The notes below the pieces were generated by a model that had not been told where the DNA came from, searched no databases, and worked only from the letters and a program-made list of their open reading frames with translations. The position numbers and the translations under genes are program-made. Below, piece after piece: positions 1 to 13,500 of a DNA stretch of 64,000 bases. The stretch is from Anthoceros angustus (lineage: Eukaryota > Plantae > Anthocerotophyta): the NCBI GenBank assembly GCA_010909165.1, contig VJWM01000202.1, positions 124,001 through 188,000 of the forward strand, given 5' to 3'. The number at the start of each line of letters is the position of its first letter. The stretch's first letter is position 1.

Positions 1-502
1 GCACAAACACACTCTCCCCACGAGAACAACACGCAAATTCCTCACACACGCCTCGAGTCATAGCTTTGGCCTCACAACACCACAGATATCTAGAGGACAA
101 GCTATGATATGAGCTTGTCCTCAATGGAAGGGTCTATATATACTAGACACTGGCATCGGCATATTCTAAAGATATCCTATTGGCATATGCCAGAAATATC
201 CTAAGAATACACTATAATATGCAAGGAATATGCCAAAGCATATTACTTGAGCTTATCCACTTAGCTATTGTATCCTAAGAATATACTAATATGCAAGGAA
301 TATGCCAAAGCATATTACTTGAGGTTATCCACTTAGCTATTGCTAACCATGTTTAATTAACACTAATCAATGCTTAATTAACATAAGCACCTTAGATTAA
401 TTAACACTAATCCATGCTTAATTAACATAAGCATCTTAGATTAATTAACACTAATTACTTACTTAAAGATAAGTAATTAGATTAATTAATGCTAATCAAA
501 CA
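1..502 (-). mobile_element. LTR (partial, runs off the window) of a third retrotransposon inserted ahead of the Copia element 1 gag
   Basis: Minus strand begins TGTTTGATTAGC at 502, then AT-rich U3-like tandem repeats, a TATATATAG box (~134-142) and a GT/GA-rich R/U5-like tract. There is no purine tract outside the TG end, so it is a 5' or solo LTR. Confidence 0.65.
197..500. repeat. Tandem repeats inside the LTR: ~72-bp x2 (197-342) and ~44-bp AT-rich x~3 (352-500)
   Basis: tatcctaagaata...gcaaggaatatgccaaagcatattacttgag...ttagctattg occurs twice; ttaattaacactaat(c)...tgcttaattaacataagca(c/t)cttaga is repeated. Confidence 0.85.
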
Positions 503-594
503 CTAAACCCAAGTGCAGAGATTAGTATCACACGACATGACAGGCCCCATCCAATCCTGGCCCAAGCCATCGCTCCCATCAGCGTTGAAGCCCC

Positions 595-1716
595 GTGAAG
601 AAAAACCCTAACCATGTCCTCATCCAGGAGCCGGGCCGAGGCGCTGGCAGCGCTAGTAGTGCAAAGCCGCCGTGGTGGCGCCATCACCAAAACCCTGCTA
701 ACCAACACTTTGCTAGCCTCCAGATTGAAATCAAAGAAAAGGACAGGTTTACGGGAGTAGACTACGACGTCTGGGCTACCCGGATGCAGGGACATCTCGA
801 AGACGCCGACCTCTGGACAATAGTCGATGGGTCGGTGCCCTGCCTAGCAAACGGAACCCCGGACTACGACCAGTGGATGAAATCGGACAGAAGAGCCCGC
901 AACCTCCTCATCGCTGGCCTCAACAAAGACATGGTTCACCACACCTTCGGTGCCTCAACCGCACAAACTATCTGGGAACAATTTACTCAGATGTTCGAAG
1001 CCACCGACGCCCAACACTCTGCCACTGCAACACGGAATTTCCACAACCTTAGATATAAGGACGGGGAAAGCATCCAGGCACACCTCAGCACCTTCCGCAC
1101 ATTGAGAGCAAGACTGGCCTCCTGCAGAACTACCCTAATAGAGGATCAGGCGGCCATAGCCCTCCTGATGACCCTGCCGCCAAGCTGGAGGACATTTGTT
1201 GCAACCCAGAACGGCCTCATGAAGCAGTCTGCACACGCGAAGAAGCTGAAGCTAAGAGAACTCATGACTCTCTCGGAGGTCATCGCTGCAATTATTGAGG
1301 AGGACTCTGCTAGGGGTCCTTCCAAGAGTGCAGCCCCAGCACAAGCCCTCTTCACCTCACGTTCTAACGGACAGAGACAGACGCGAAACAAGAATTGGCA
1401 AAGCAGGAAGGGAGGGGAAGGCTCTTCCCAAGGATCAGGCCCTGCTAACCCCCGTCATAAGGGGAACTACAACTGGTGTAGGAAGCTAGGGCACTATGAA
1501 CGAGAGTGCCGCAGCAAGCAAGCCGGTGAACCAAGGAAACTAGGTTCCCCAAGTGCTCAACTTACACAGCAGAGACCTCCAACAATTCTAATTACCACAC
1601 TGACCATCACCATTGGAAGCTGCTCCTCCTGGTACTTGGACAGCGTGCATCAGCTCATGTCTGTAAAGACCGTAATTGTTTCAACACCTATCGTACCCTA
1701 CATGGAGGAGGATTGA
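595..1716 (+). pseudogene. Copia gag (UBN2-type capsid + CCHC knuckle) and start of protease, element 1
   Basis: DRFTGVDYDVWATRMQGHLEDADLW..VDG; knuckle YNWCRKLGHYERECR (first Cys mutated); protease motif WYLDS followed by a frameshift. Confidence 0.9.
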
Positions 1717-1749
1717 TTTATGTGGCTAACAACAGGTCTGCAGAAGTGA

Positions 1750-4700
1750 TTGGCACTGGCACAATTATCCTACAGTGCAGCACTGGAGGCACAATATTAC
1801 TTTCAGACGTGCTCCATGTGCCCAAGGTCAGTAAGAACCTGGTGTCTAGTGAGCACTCTAATGGATGACAAGCAATACGAGGTTCACTTCAAGGCTCAGA
1901 AATGCGAGATTTGTCCCCATGATAACCCCGTCGATGTTACATGCCACGGATTAAAGGAAGACAGGCTCTACCTCTTAGAAGCCTCCTCTCTTCTAGGAAC
2001 AGCTCATCTAGCCTGGACCTCGACAAAGGCAGAGATAACCAAGCTTTGGCAGCCTACGTTTAGGCCACCCCAGCTTGAGGCGTATGAAGCAAATGAAAGC
2101 CACCGACTTTATGCAACCCTCCTAATTCATGACTCTCTATTACATGAAGGTCATACGCTAGGAAAAAGTAAGGAAGCGTCATACCCACCTGCTTCCTCTT
2201 CCCGTGCCACCGAGCTACTTGAGCTGGTGCACATTGATCTCTGCTGGCCCACGTCCACACATTCGTTTGGAGGAGCCTCCTACTTTATGCCTGTCATCGA
2301 TGACACATCTCGTATGATCCATACCTACTTTCTTCGGCTGAAGAGTGAAGCCTTTACTAAGTTCAAGGAGTTCCATGCTATGGCCGAACTTCAGACCGGC
2401 CACAAGCTCAAGAGTGTACGCTCGGATGGAGGAGGCGAATTCCTCTCCGGGGAATTTAACTCCTACCTTACAGAACGAGGCATCACTCGACAAGTCACCG
2501 TCCCTTATGCCCATGCGCAAAATGGTGTGGCCGAAAACTGCAACCGAAGGCTTCAGGAGATGGCCAGGGCCATGCTCTCACATGCTTCTATGTCACGCGG
2601 TTACTGGGCTGAGGCCGTCTCTACTGCAACACACTTGTTAAACCGACTACCTACCTCTGCTCTCCCGTCACAGACCCCCTTTGAGGCTTGGACTAGCCAC
2701 AGGCCCTCTCTCTCCCATCTTCGGATCTTTGGGGCTGATGCTTATACATGGATTCCCAAGGAGAAATGCCATCAGCTCCATGACCCCAAGACTGGAAAAT
2801 TTGATGCCCGAGCACAGAAGCTGATATTCGTTGGATACATTGATGGTGTGAAAGGATACAAGCTTGTTCACCCAACCTCACACCAAATCACGATATCTCG
2901 GAGCGTCTATGTTCGCGAGCACCTTGATGCCCCAGGAAACAGCGGGAGCATAATTGGCTCCTATCATGACCTCGACGACCCCGCTCGCAATGAGGAGGAG
3001 AATATGGTTGAAATTGAGCTCTCCGAAATTCAGCCTCCGCCGGTGCACCAAGCTACCCAAGTTCCTCAGGCTGTGCAGCCACCAGTGCACCAACATGTCG
3101 CTCAAATTGGCCCATTGCTCCCTATGGCCATCGATGCAGGCCAAGCACCGACTCCCCAAGCTGCTGCTGCACCCAGAGTAATCAACCCTGCTTCTGCTAG
3201 CGTAAATCCACCAGCCGCCATACCTGAGAGGCGCCAATCAACAAGGGCTCGCCGTCGTCCTACCTATCTTGACAATTACCACGTACCCGGTCCTGCTCCA
3301 CCGCAACCTGCTCCAGCAGATACGGCTCCAATTGCTCCTGAAATGGAAAATCCGCCTGCAGAGACGGATACTGAGATCGACACTACTCCAGCCAACCTCA
3401 TGGCAAGGGCGATGCTGGCTGCAACTCACGTTTTGGAACCAGCAACTCTTGAAGAAGCACTCGCATCACCCGACAAGGAAGGACGGATGAAGGCAGTTCA
3501 GCAAGAATATGACTCTCTGATTCAGTTGAAGACATGGGTGCTCACCCCACTCCCTCCCGGTCGCAAGGCAATTAAATGCAAGTGGACATTCAAACGTAAG
3601 TTGAAGTCCGATGGAACCACAGAAAGACTTAAAGCAAGACTCGTGGTCAAGGGCTACAACCAAAGGCCTAGCCTTGACTACGGAGATAACATCTACACAC
3701 CTGTGGCGACTGCCCATTCAGCTAGGTTCCTCGTGGCAATTGCAGCTAAGTACGACCTTGACGTGCATCAGCTCGACATTTCAATAGCCTTTCTTTATGC
3801 CACACTAAAGGAGGAAATTTACATGGAGCAGCCACAGATGTATGTGGATCCCAAGAGGCCTACCTGGGTCTGCAAGCTGCTCAACAATCACCAGCTGAAT
3901 TTTATGTGCTGATTGATGGCCACCTCATCCAATTTGGCTTTGTCAAGACCCTAGCAAACCAGAACTTATACTTGCTACGAAGGGGAGACAAATTCCTGGC
4001 ACTGGCCCTGTATGTTGATGATTGCATTATGTTTACCAATGACCCAGGAAAGCTGCTTGTTGACGTAAAGGAGATGCTTGCTGCTAAGTTCAAAATGAGA
4101 GATCTTGGACCCCTGGAATTATGCCTCGGCGTGCAGATTCGACGGGATAGACAAGCATGCACCTTGATTCTCCTTCAGTCCAAGTATGTGCTCGAAATTC
4201 TAGACAAATTCAAGCTATGTGATGCTCCCGCCCACTCTTCCCACTAGAGTGAAGCTCGTGAGTCAAGGACCGCTCTACACAAGTTGAAAAGAGGACATGG
4301 CCAAGGTGCCATACCTGAGTGCCGTTGGTAGCCTCATCTACCTTCACGGTTGGACACGCTATGACATTTCCTATGCTGCCTCCGCCGTTGCACAATTTAT
4401 GTCTAACCCTGGCAGGGCACAATGGATGTGTGTAAAGAGAATCTATCGGTACTTGAAGGGCACCACTCACTCTAGAATCACTTACAAGAGATCCACCGAT
4501 GTCAAGCTCAACTTTGAGGGCTGGGCAGATGCGGACTGGGCGTCCGACCCTGATGCCCGACGAAGCGTTGCAGCTTATGTTTTCACCCTCGGTGGCTCAG
4601 CAGTCTCATGGTCAAGCAAGAAGCTTGCTACCATCTCATTGTCCAGTGTAGAGAGCGAGTATGGAGCATTGTCAAAGGCAGGTCGAGAGGTCATTCATTG

Positions 4701-4998
4701 TAGACAGATCTTGAAGGATCTCGGCCGTGAGCAGTCCGACCCCACCATTCTACGCTGCGACAACACAACAGCAATATCCTTGACAGAGGGTGATAGGTTC
4801 CATGCCAGAACCAAGCACATAGAAGTAGCCTACCACTTCATCAGGCAGTTGGTAGCTAAGAGCATCGTAAAAATGGTCTACGTCCCCACAGAGTCCAACC
4901 TGGCAGACTTGCTCACAAAGTCCTTACCTAGGATTCGTCATGAGTCACTTACAGCATCCCTAGGACTAGTGGACACAGCAAGCAAGGACCATTCATGA
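1750..4998 (+). pseudogene. Copia pol (GAG-pre-integrase, integrase, RT, RNase H) of element 1, frameshifted
   Basis: LELVHIDLC, VRSDGGGEF, QNGVAE (integrase); KARLVVKG, HQLDISIAFL, LYVDDCI (RT); DADWASD, SSVESEY, CDNTTAI, RTKHIEVAYHFIR, ADLLTK (RNase H). ORF pieces are 1750-3912, 3906-4247 and 4297-4998, with a small deletion of KSLYG near 3880. Confidence 0.93.
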
Positions 4999-5161
4999 GA
5001 TGGCGGGAACTGAGCGGGAGTGTTGAAGACCCAGCTGACACCTGAACAGTTCACACCACTCATAAACAGTCACATCCCATCACCATCCTTGAACCGTCGC
5101 ACCTCCTCGCTGATCGCTTGCACCCACACACATATGACCACAGGAGCCTAAATGTAATCTG

Positions 5162-5388
5162 TAAAGTGGGGCACAAGTCTTGAGGAAAGGATAATTTACA
5201 TTGATGAAAGGCGCATATTTATACATGTACTCATTGCAGTTATAACTGCTCTCATCATAACTAACTGGTCCAATAACCGCTGAGGTTAAGTGCAGTAATT
5301 ACCATCTACCACGTTCTAGTTGTGATTAAAACCTACACATGTGAACCGTGCCCTAAACTACGCCTCGGCCGGTGACAAGGTCACAACA
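5162..5388 (-). repeat. Element 2 3' LTR (LTR-A)
   Basis: TGTTGTGACC...CCCCACTTTA, preceded by the PPT and followed by the TSD. Confidence 0.92.
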
Positions 5389-5779
5389 CTCCCCGCAAAC
5401 CGGTGCAACAACTCGTAGTGATGTCAAGATGGCTTCGATCTCCCACGCCTACCGCAGCCTGTCGATCTCGTGGCTTCTTCGCCTTGCTCGTCATCGATGC
5501 CATTGGTGACAGAGTGTGGTTGAAGTCAAGTACCCAGCGCAAAAGTCAAGGAAAGCTCTTCTCTCATGAAACACGGGCGAAAAGCTTCACAGTCTGAGAA
5601 CGACTCGGTCAGCTTGGAGCAATTCAAGATAGCAGTGACGCAACCTCTTCCGAAGGGTGATGATGGTGTTGCGCTCTGAGCTGAAGGCCGTGCTGCGACT
5701 CCAGCTGTTCGAGTTCTATGTGTTCTTAGTGGCCTTTCCCTGGAGCTGGAAGATTCGCTCCCCCTCCATGATAAGCTTC

Positions 5780-8700
5780 TCATGCCGTCAGACCTATTGC
5801 TGTCGCATGCCGCTCGTGTGGTGTCTTGGAAAGTCCCTTCGTAAGCAAGTCTGCAGTGTTCTAATCTGTCGCAACATAACTGAGGGTGACTTGCTTCTTG
5901 CTCACCACCTGCCGGATGAAGTGGTGTTGTATCTCGACGTGCTAGCATGCAAGACCGGATTCGTCGGCAATTGCTGATTGGTTGTCGACTTGAGTTCGGC
6001 CATACGCCGCCCTCGTTGACGCCTTGCAGAACCGACGATCCATGTGATCGCCACCGCAGCTATGGGTGTACCGACGGTCGGGCTTCTTTCAAAGTTGAAC
6101 TCGCTTAAGAGCTGGTCCATAATGCCGCTGTGGTGGATGAAGAAAGAGTGATCTGTGGGATTTCTCTCGAACTGGACGCCTAAAGCGTACTTGAGGGGTC
6201 CTATGTCTACGATCTCATACTCCTTGGCTAACAAGTCCTTGACATACTGGATGATTTGGGGACAGCTACCAAAGATGAAATTGTCGTCGACGTACAGAGT
6301 AATGATGACGAAATGCTCCTTCTGCATAAGGAGATAAACACTGGGATCTGCAGCTAAAGGTGAGAATCCAGACTTCTTCAAGTACAGGTCTACAGTTTCA
6401 TTCCATACTTGAGCGGATTGTTTCAATCCATAGAGTGATTTCATGAGCTTACAGACCTTTTTGTTGTCCTTGATGTAGCCAGGGGGCTGGAGCATGTAGA
6501 TATCTTCGCTCAACGTACTGTATAGGAAAGCAGTTTTTACGTCGACTTGATGGATGTCCAGACAGTAATGAGCTGCCAGCGCCAAGAGTATCCTTATAGA
6601 TGTTGATTTCACCACGTGGTCAGAGTCGATTTTCATAGTCGGCCGTGAACTTCTAGCGACTAGCCTTGCCTTGTATCTTGCATCGCCCATCTGGATTCAA
6701 CTTCCTCCCGAATGTCCACTTACAAGATATGGGTTTGCACCGGAGGTAAGTCGGTCAAGATCCACATTTTGTTGGCAATCAGTCATATTCGGACTTGCTG
6801 CCGCAATTCGTGGGTCTTGAATGCTTCCTCGATGGATCGAGGAACGCCTTGCATTTCGATTGCCGACATTGCTTGATATAAGGCCATATTGACTGATGAG
6901 TATGTCACAGTCCTCCGAGTCGAGGTTGGGGCAGCGAGCGAGCTCGCTGATTGAGTCTCCGTGCCGTGATAGATATCCTTCCACCGGATCGAGGAGGACG
7001 GCGACGGTAGACCGCCCGGGCTGAGGTAAGGGTTGCTCCAGCAAGGTGATGTCGTCGTTCGGAATGTCGTGTAAGAAAGGTTCTGGGAATTCTTGTTCAG
7101 GCTGACCTATGGTGTTTGGTGGTTGTACTGGTGTAGATTGTACAGCTGGAGCGGGGACAGGTGGCTGGATGACTGGTGCTTGAGCTGGGGCTGGAGGCAC
7201 GGCTTGTGGTGGAACCGGATGACCTGTCTGGCCTTGCACATCAACATATTCGTAATCTGTTGGGTTGTAAGTGTCCCCCTCAAGGTCAGAAAGGGAAGAA
7301 GGTGAATAACCATGAAGACTGGGAGCAGGGAGAGGTGTTGAGCTGGACACGGATTGCAGATAAGTGTTGAGCAATGTGGCTTCATGGAAATGAACGCTAC
7401 GGGATAGGTTTACCTGACGAGTTGATGGATCAATCAGGCGATAGGCCTTAGAATGGTCAGAGTAACCAATCAACAGCAGCTTTACTTTTGTCGTCCCATT
7501 TCGCAGTCACCGGAATGTGGGCGTCGCCAAAATGCGAGATGAGATATGCGGGCTTCTCCCAACGCATAGGGTGTGACATTTGGAAGCTTTTTGTCGGCAC
7601 CGTTTGATATAGTTGGTTGTTGAGATTTCAATATCCTTGTGTGAGGCCTACCTGAGCAACGATCGAGATATCTCCAAAGAAAGATCCGCTCGCCTTTCGC
7701 AAAGGGTTCTCTGGTGTGTATGGTAACGTGAGCGGGTGATGCCCTTGGATGTACAAGATGCCCAAAAGAGTGGTCAAGTACTCAAAGCATTGTTTGCCTG
7801 AGACCGGAAGTCCCAGTGTCGCTCGCCATGGCAACAAACTCGGAAGCAATCAAGGGCTTCATCCTTGTGCTTAAGGAAGTATATGTGGCAATATCGGCTC
7901 CATTCATCCGTAAAAGATGAGAAAATACGAGACACCGAAAGAGGATGTGCTCATGGGGCCACAGATGTCCGAATGGACGACTTCAAGCGGCTTGGCTCAT
8001 AGGTAAGGGATCATTGAATGGTAGCTGGTCTGTTGGTGTACCGAGATTCGCAGATAAATCAAGATAGCTTTGATGGTATGGGTCTCGACATTGTAGGTTG
8101 GATAAGGAATAGGCACTCATGGGGCCATCATGGCGAGGAGGGAATTTGATTTGGACAGAGACCTAGGGGCTGACTTTGAGCGTCTACCAGGAAAGTTGTG
8201 AATGTTGAGGAGATAGAGATCATTGTATGGGACACCATGTGCAAGAATAGTTTTAGATGGGTCCAATGCGGAATGAGGCGTGGTTACCCGAAGGTGATGA
8301 CTAAGTTGTGTTCGAGCTAGCTTTGACGGCAGTTCTTGGTCATGCGGGGACGCAGACTCGTGATGAGGAGGCTTTCTCCATTCGATACCATGCGAGACGC
8401 TGCTGCTTATCGCCTCCTAGGAGGACATGCCAGAGGTGAATCGTGGTAAGATTCGAAAGCTTTTGCCAGACATATGCGTAGTTGCTCAGTCCGTGAACCA
8501 TCTATTTTCATCCGTTCTTGTGAGTGTTAAGCATACAAGGACATGGTTGGGGAAGCCGACGGTGGTTGTGATTACAGGTGATTCGCGACGAGGTTCGCCA
8601 AGAAGCTTCTTTCCGCACTGCCGAGGTGCCTGTGAGAGTGCACCAGCTGCACGGGCCCTTTGTCCCGCGGTCGGATAGCTTGTTGCGCCAAAGGTGGTTG

Positions 8701-9480
8701 CGTGGAGGGCCTTCGTGCTGTTACCGCGCCGCCACCTCTCCCGGCGCGCCTCTTGATGTGAAGAGTGCATGAGTGCCGGATGGACCGCCTTGTGGCTCGT
8801 GGATCCGCTGGATTCCTCCTCAAGGAGAGCCGCAACCACCTCAAGAATGTGTAAGTGGATTGCCGCCCCGCCGCCACAAAGGGTTGCCGCAATTCAATTG
8901 GTCGCACTAATAAATGTCCGATGCACAGAGGTTAGAAGGGCCACGCGGCTTGATGTTCGAGATAACTGCACTCCCGAGGCTAGCTTTGCTCTAAGGAATC
9001 AACACATTCACATCGCTCGACCGTATCCGAGTCTTTCATTCTTAGTGAATAAAACCGCCTTGTTGCATTGATTAGGACATGCCGCTTTGGGCTCAAACAT
9101 GTCTTTGAAAGTCCTCCATATGGCATTGGAAGTGGCTTGGCCACTTGTGTGGTGCATCATACTCTTGTCAATGGAAGAAATCAGGATGCTATGGGCACGC
9201 TTGTCCTTCTTGGTCCAAGCTGCAACCTGATCAGAAGTTGCAGGGAGATTGGATGTGGTGGAAGGTTGGGCGACAGTACCATCGACTATCCCCATGAGGT
9301 CATGCTCCTCCAAAGCGCAGTTGATGCGATCTCGCTGATGTCGAGTCGCCTCGTGAAGCTGTCTCGATCTCTAAACTCTACCTTGGTTGTATTTACAATT
9401 TGAGCCATGGGTGTCTTGTGCAAGACGGGTGAGTTTTAGCAAGCAACTTGGTTGTATGCTGACCTAGTGGGTCGAAATGA
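5780..9480 (-). pseudogene. Element 2 gag-pol, unit 1 (many indels; RT C-terminus/RNase H N-terminus deleted)
   Basis: ARYKARLVA, HQVDVKTAFL, KSLYGLKQSAQVWN, LYVDDNFI (5902-6690); IGYSDHSKAYRL (integrase C-terminus); gag EEHDLMGIVDG. Confidence 0.88.
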
Positions 9481-9950
9481 GGCATTCGCCTACTTAGAGT
9501 GCATCGATTCGTTGTTTGTGTACAGTGTTGAGATAGCGACAAGAAGTGCCTCCATCTGCGATTTGATTAGCACTAAGCGACTCTTAAGGTAATCCTCGGA
9601 GGAGGTCGAGGATTACGGAACACCGGAGAGGTCGACCGCGGTGTGCGGTGAGGATCGCCACCTATGAATTCTTGATGGGCCTCTAACTCGGGTGGAGGAC
9701 TTGATTGGTCGACGAGGTGTCACGCAGAAAGCGAGGTGCGCCCGGGCGCCATCCGGTCTTGGTAGCGGGCGCGTGATAGCAATCCTTCTTGGAGAATTTC
9801 GCCGGGCGAGCCGGGCAGCTCGCATCGAGGCATGGTAGAAGACTGTGATCGTTGAAGGTTGCTACCGTGCTCCTGCGCGCCATGTCGTGGCTGGAGAGCC
9901 AAGCGAGGCGTGTGCGGCCAAACATGGCGCCACCCTCCGCTCCGATACCA

Positions 9951-10170
9951 TAAAGTGGGGCACAAGTCTTGAGGAAAGGATAATTTTCATTGATGAAAGG
10001 CGCATATTTATACATGTACTCATTGCGCTTATAGCGCTCTCATCATAACTAATCGTCCAATAACCGGAGATTAAGTGCAATAATTACCATCTACCACGTT
10101 CTAGTTGTGATTAAAACCTACACATGTTAACTGTTCTAAACTACGCCTCCAAAGCGACAAGGTCACAACA
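9951..10170 (-). repeat. Element 2 shared middle LTR (LTR-B)
   Basis: Flanked by a PBS on one side and a degraded PPT on the other. Confidence 0.9.
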
Positions 10171-10549
10171 CTTCGCAAACTGCAACAACTCGTAGTGATG
10201 TCAAGATGGCTTCGATCTCCCACGCCTACCGCACCGGTGCCGAGCATTCGTCGGCGACCGGGCTTCTTCATTTGCCTCGCTCGCCATGCCATTGGTGACA
10301 GAGTGACAGGTTACTGTCAAGTACCCAGCGCAGAAGTCAAGGAAAGCTCTTCTCTCATGAACACGCTAAAAGCTTCACAACCGAGAACGACTGGCCACTT
10401 TGAGCACCAAGATAGGTGACGCAACCTCTTCCGGGTGATGATGGTGTTGCGCTCGAGCAAGGCCGGGCCGCGACTCCACTGCTCGAGTTCTATGTGTTCT
10501 TAGTGGCCTTTCCTCGGAGCTGGAAGATTCGCCCCTCCATGATAAGCTT

Positions 10550-13500
10550 CCTGCCGCCTATTGCCGCCGTACGCCGTGGTGGTGTCTTGGAAAGTCCTTC
10601 GAAGTCCGCAAAGGTTCTAACTGCCGCAACATAACTGAGGGTGACTTGCTTCTTGCTCACCACCTGCCGGATGAAGTGGTGTTGTATCTCGACGTGCTTC
10701 GTCCTAGCATGCAGCACTGGATTCAGGGTCATGGCAATTGCTGATTGGTTGTCGCACTTGAGTTCGGGCCATCGATGCTCCGACGCCTTGCAGAACCGAC
10801 GTATCCACGTGATCCGCCACCGCAGCTATGGGTGTACCGACGGTCGGGCTTCTTTCAAAGTTGAACTCGCTTAAGAGCTGGTCTACATAATGCTGCTGGT
10901 GGATGAAGAAAGAGTGATCTGGGATTTTCTCGAATGACGCCTAAAGGCATTTGAGGGGTCCTATGTCTCGATCTCATACTCCTTGGCTAACAAGTCCTTG
11001 ACATAATCGGATGATTTGGGGACTACCAAAGATGAAATTGTCGCCGATTTAATGAGTAATGATGACGAAATGCTCCTTCCGCATAAGGAGATAAACACTG
11101 GGATCTGCAGCTAAAGGTGAGAATCCAGACTTCTTCAAGTACAGTGTCTACGCTTCATTCCATACTTGAGCAGCATTGTTTCAATCCATAGAGTGATTTC
11201 ATGAGCTGTGACCTTTTGTTGTCCTTGATGTAGCTGGAGCATGTAGATATCTTCGCCAACGCATCGTATAGGAAAGCGCTTACGTCGACTTGATGGATGT
11301 CCAGACAGTAATGAGCTGCCAGCGCCAAGAGTATCCTTATAGATGTTGATTTCACGTGTAGAGTCGATTTTCATAGTCGGCCGAACTTATCAAGCCTCGA
11401 CTAGCCTTGCCTTGTATCTTGCGAATGTCCCGTCTGGATTCAACTTCCTCCTGAATGTCCACTTACAAGATATGGGTTTGCGACCTGGAGGTAAGTCGGA
11501 CAGTATCCACATTTTGTTGGCAATCAGCGAGTCATATTCGGACTTAGCTGCTGCAGTCCATTCAGGGGTCTTGAATGCTTCCTCGATGGACTGAGGAACG
11601 TCTTGCATTTCGATTGCCGACATTGCTTGATATAAGGCCATATTGACCTGATGAGTATGTCATTCTGTAAGTCCTCCGAGCCGAGTTGGGGCGTGAGCGG
11701 AGCTCGCCATGATTGAGTCTCCAGCGTTGATAGATATCCTTCCACCGGATCGAGGAGGACGGCGACGGTAGACCGTCTAAGTGGGGCCCGAGGTAAGGGT
11801 TGCTCGGTGATGCCGGGTCTTCGGAATGTCGTAAGAAAGGTTCGGAATTCTTGTTCAGTGACCTATGGTGTTTGGTGGTTGTACCGTGTAGATCAGATGT
11901 GCCGGAGCAGATTGGATGATCGAGCCGGGCCGGAGGCTTGTGGTGGAATCGGATGACCGTCTGCCTTGCACATCAACATATTCGTCTGGGTTGTAAGTGT
12001 CCCCTCAAGGTCGAAGGGAAGAAGGTGAATAACCATGAAGACGGGAGCAGGAGAGGTGTTGAGCGACACGGATTGAGCAAGGAGTAAATGTGGCTTCATG
12101 GAAATGAACGCTACGGGATAGGTTTACCTGACGAGTTGATGGATCAATCAGGCGATAGGCCTTAGAATGGTCAGAGTAACCAATAAACAGCAGCTTCTTA
12201 CTTTTGTCGTCCCATTTCTTGCGCAGTCACCGGAATGTGGGCGAACGTCAAAAAATGCGAAGATGAGATATGCGGGCTTCCCCGTCCAACGCTCATAGGG
12301 TGTGACATTTGGAAGCTCTTTGTGGCATCACTTGATATAGTTGGTTGTTGAGACGGCCAAACCAATATCCTTGTGAGGCCTACGCCTTGAGCAACGATCG
12401 AGATATCTCCAAAGAAAGATCTGCTCGTCTTTCGCAAAAGGTTCTGCTGGTGTGTATGGTACGTGAGCCGGTGATGCCCTTAGATGTATGATGCCCGAAA
12501 AGAGTGGTCAATGTACTCCAAAGATTGTTTGCCTGAGGGTACCGATCGAAGTCTAGTGTGCTCGCCATGGCAACAAACTCCTGGAAGCACTGAAGGGCTT
12601 CATCCTTGTGCTTAAGGAAGTATATGTGGCAATATCGGCTCCATTCATCCAGAAAGATGAGAAAATACGAGTGACCGCCGAAAGAGGATGTGCTCATGGG
12701 GCCACAGATGTCCGAATGGACGACTTCAAGCAAGCGTTTGGCTCTCATAGGTAAGGGATCATTGAATGGTAGCTGGTTCAGTTTGGTGTACTGACAGATT
12801 TCGCAGTATAAATCTGAAGATAGCTTTGATGGTATTGGGTCTCTGTACATTGTAGGGTTGGATAAGGAATTCAGATAGCGGGCACTCATGTGGCCAGCTC
12901 GGCAGTGCCAGAGGAGGGAATTTGATTTGGACAGAGACCTAGGGGCTGACTTTTGAGCGTCTACCAAATAGGAAGTTGATGTTGAATGGAGATAGAGATC
13001 ATTGTATGGGACACCATGTGCAAGAATAGTTTTAGATGGGTCACTGAATCTGTGAATGAGGCAGTGGTTACCCTGAAAGGTGATGACTAAGTTGTGTTCA
13101 GTAGCTAGCTTTCGGACTGACAGCAGGTTCTTGGTCATGCAGGGGACGTGCAGGACTCCGGTGATGAGGAGGCTTTCTCCATTCGACAGCTACAGTGAGA
13201 CGTTGCCGGTGCCTGCTACAGCCAGGGCGCTATCGTCTCCTAGGAGGACATGCTGGTCTGTAGGTGAATCGTGGTAAGATTCGAAAGCTTCTGTCACAGA
13301 TATGTAGTTGCTCGAGTCCGGAACCATCTATTTTCATCCGTTCTTGTGAGTGTACAAAGAAGGACATAAGGTTGGGAAAGCCGACGGCGGTGTAATGTGA
13401 TTCGTTGCGAGGTGATTCGCGACGAGGTTCGCCAGCAAGCTTCTTTCTGCACTCGTTTTCGAAGTGCCCAGGAGTGCGGCACCAGTTGCACGGGCCCTTT

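Noticed and set aside
5160-5161. Canonical CA end for element 2 (reading tgtaaag as the LTR edge)
   Set aside because: The TG belongs to the ATCTG TSD; the other two LTR copies lack it.
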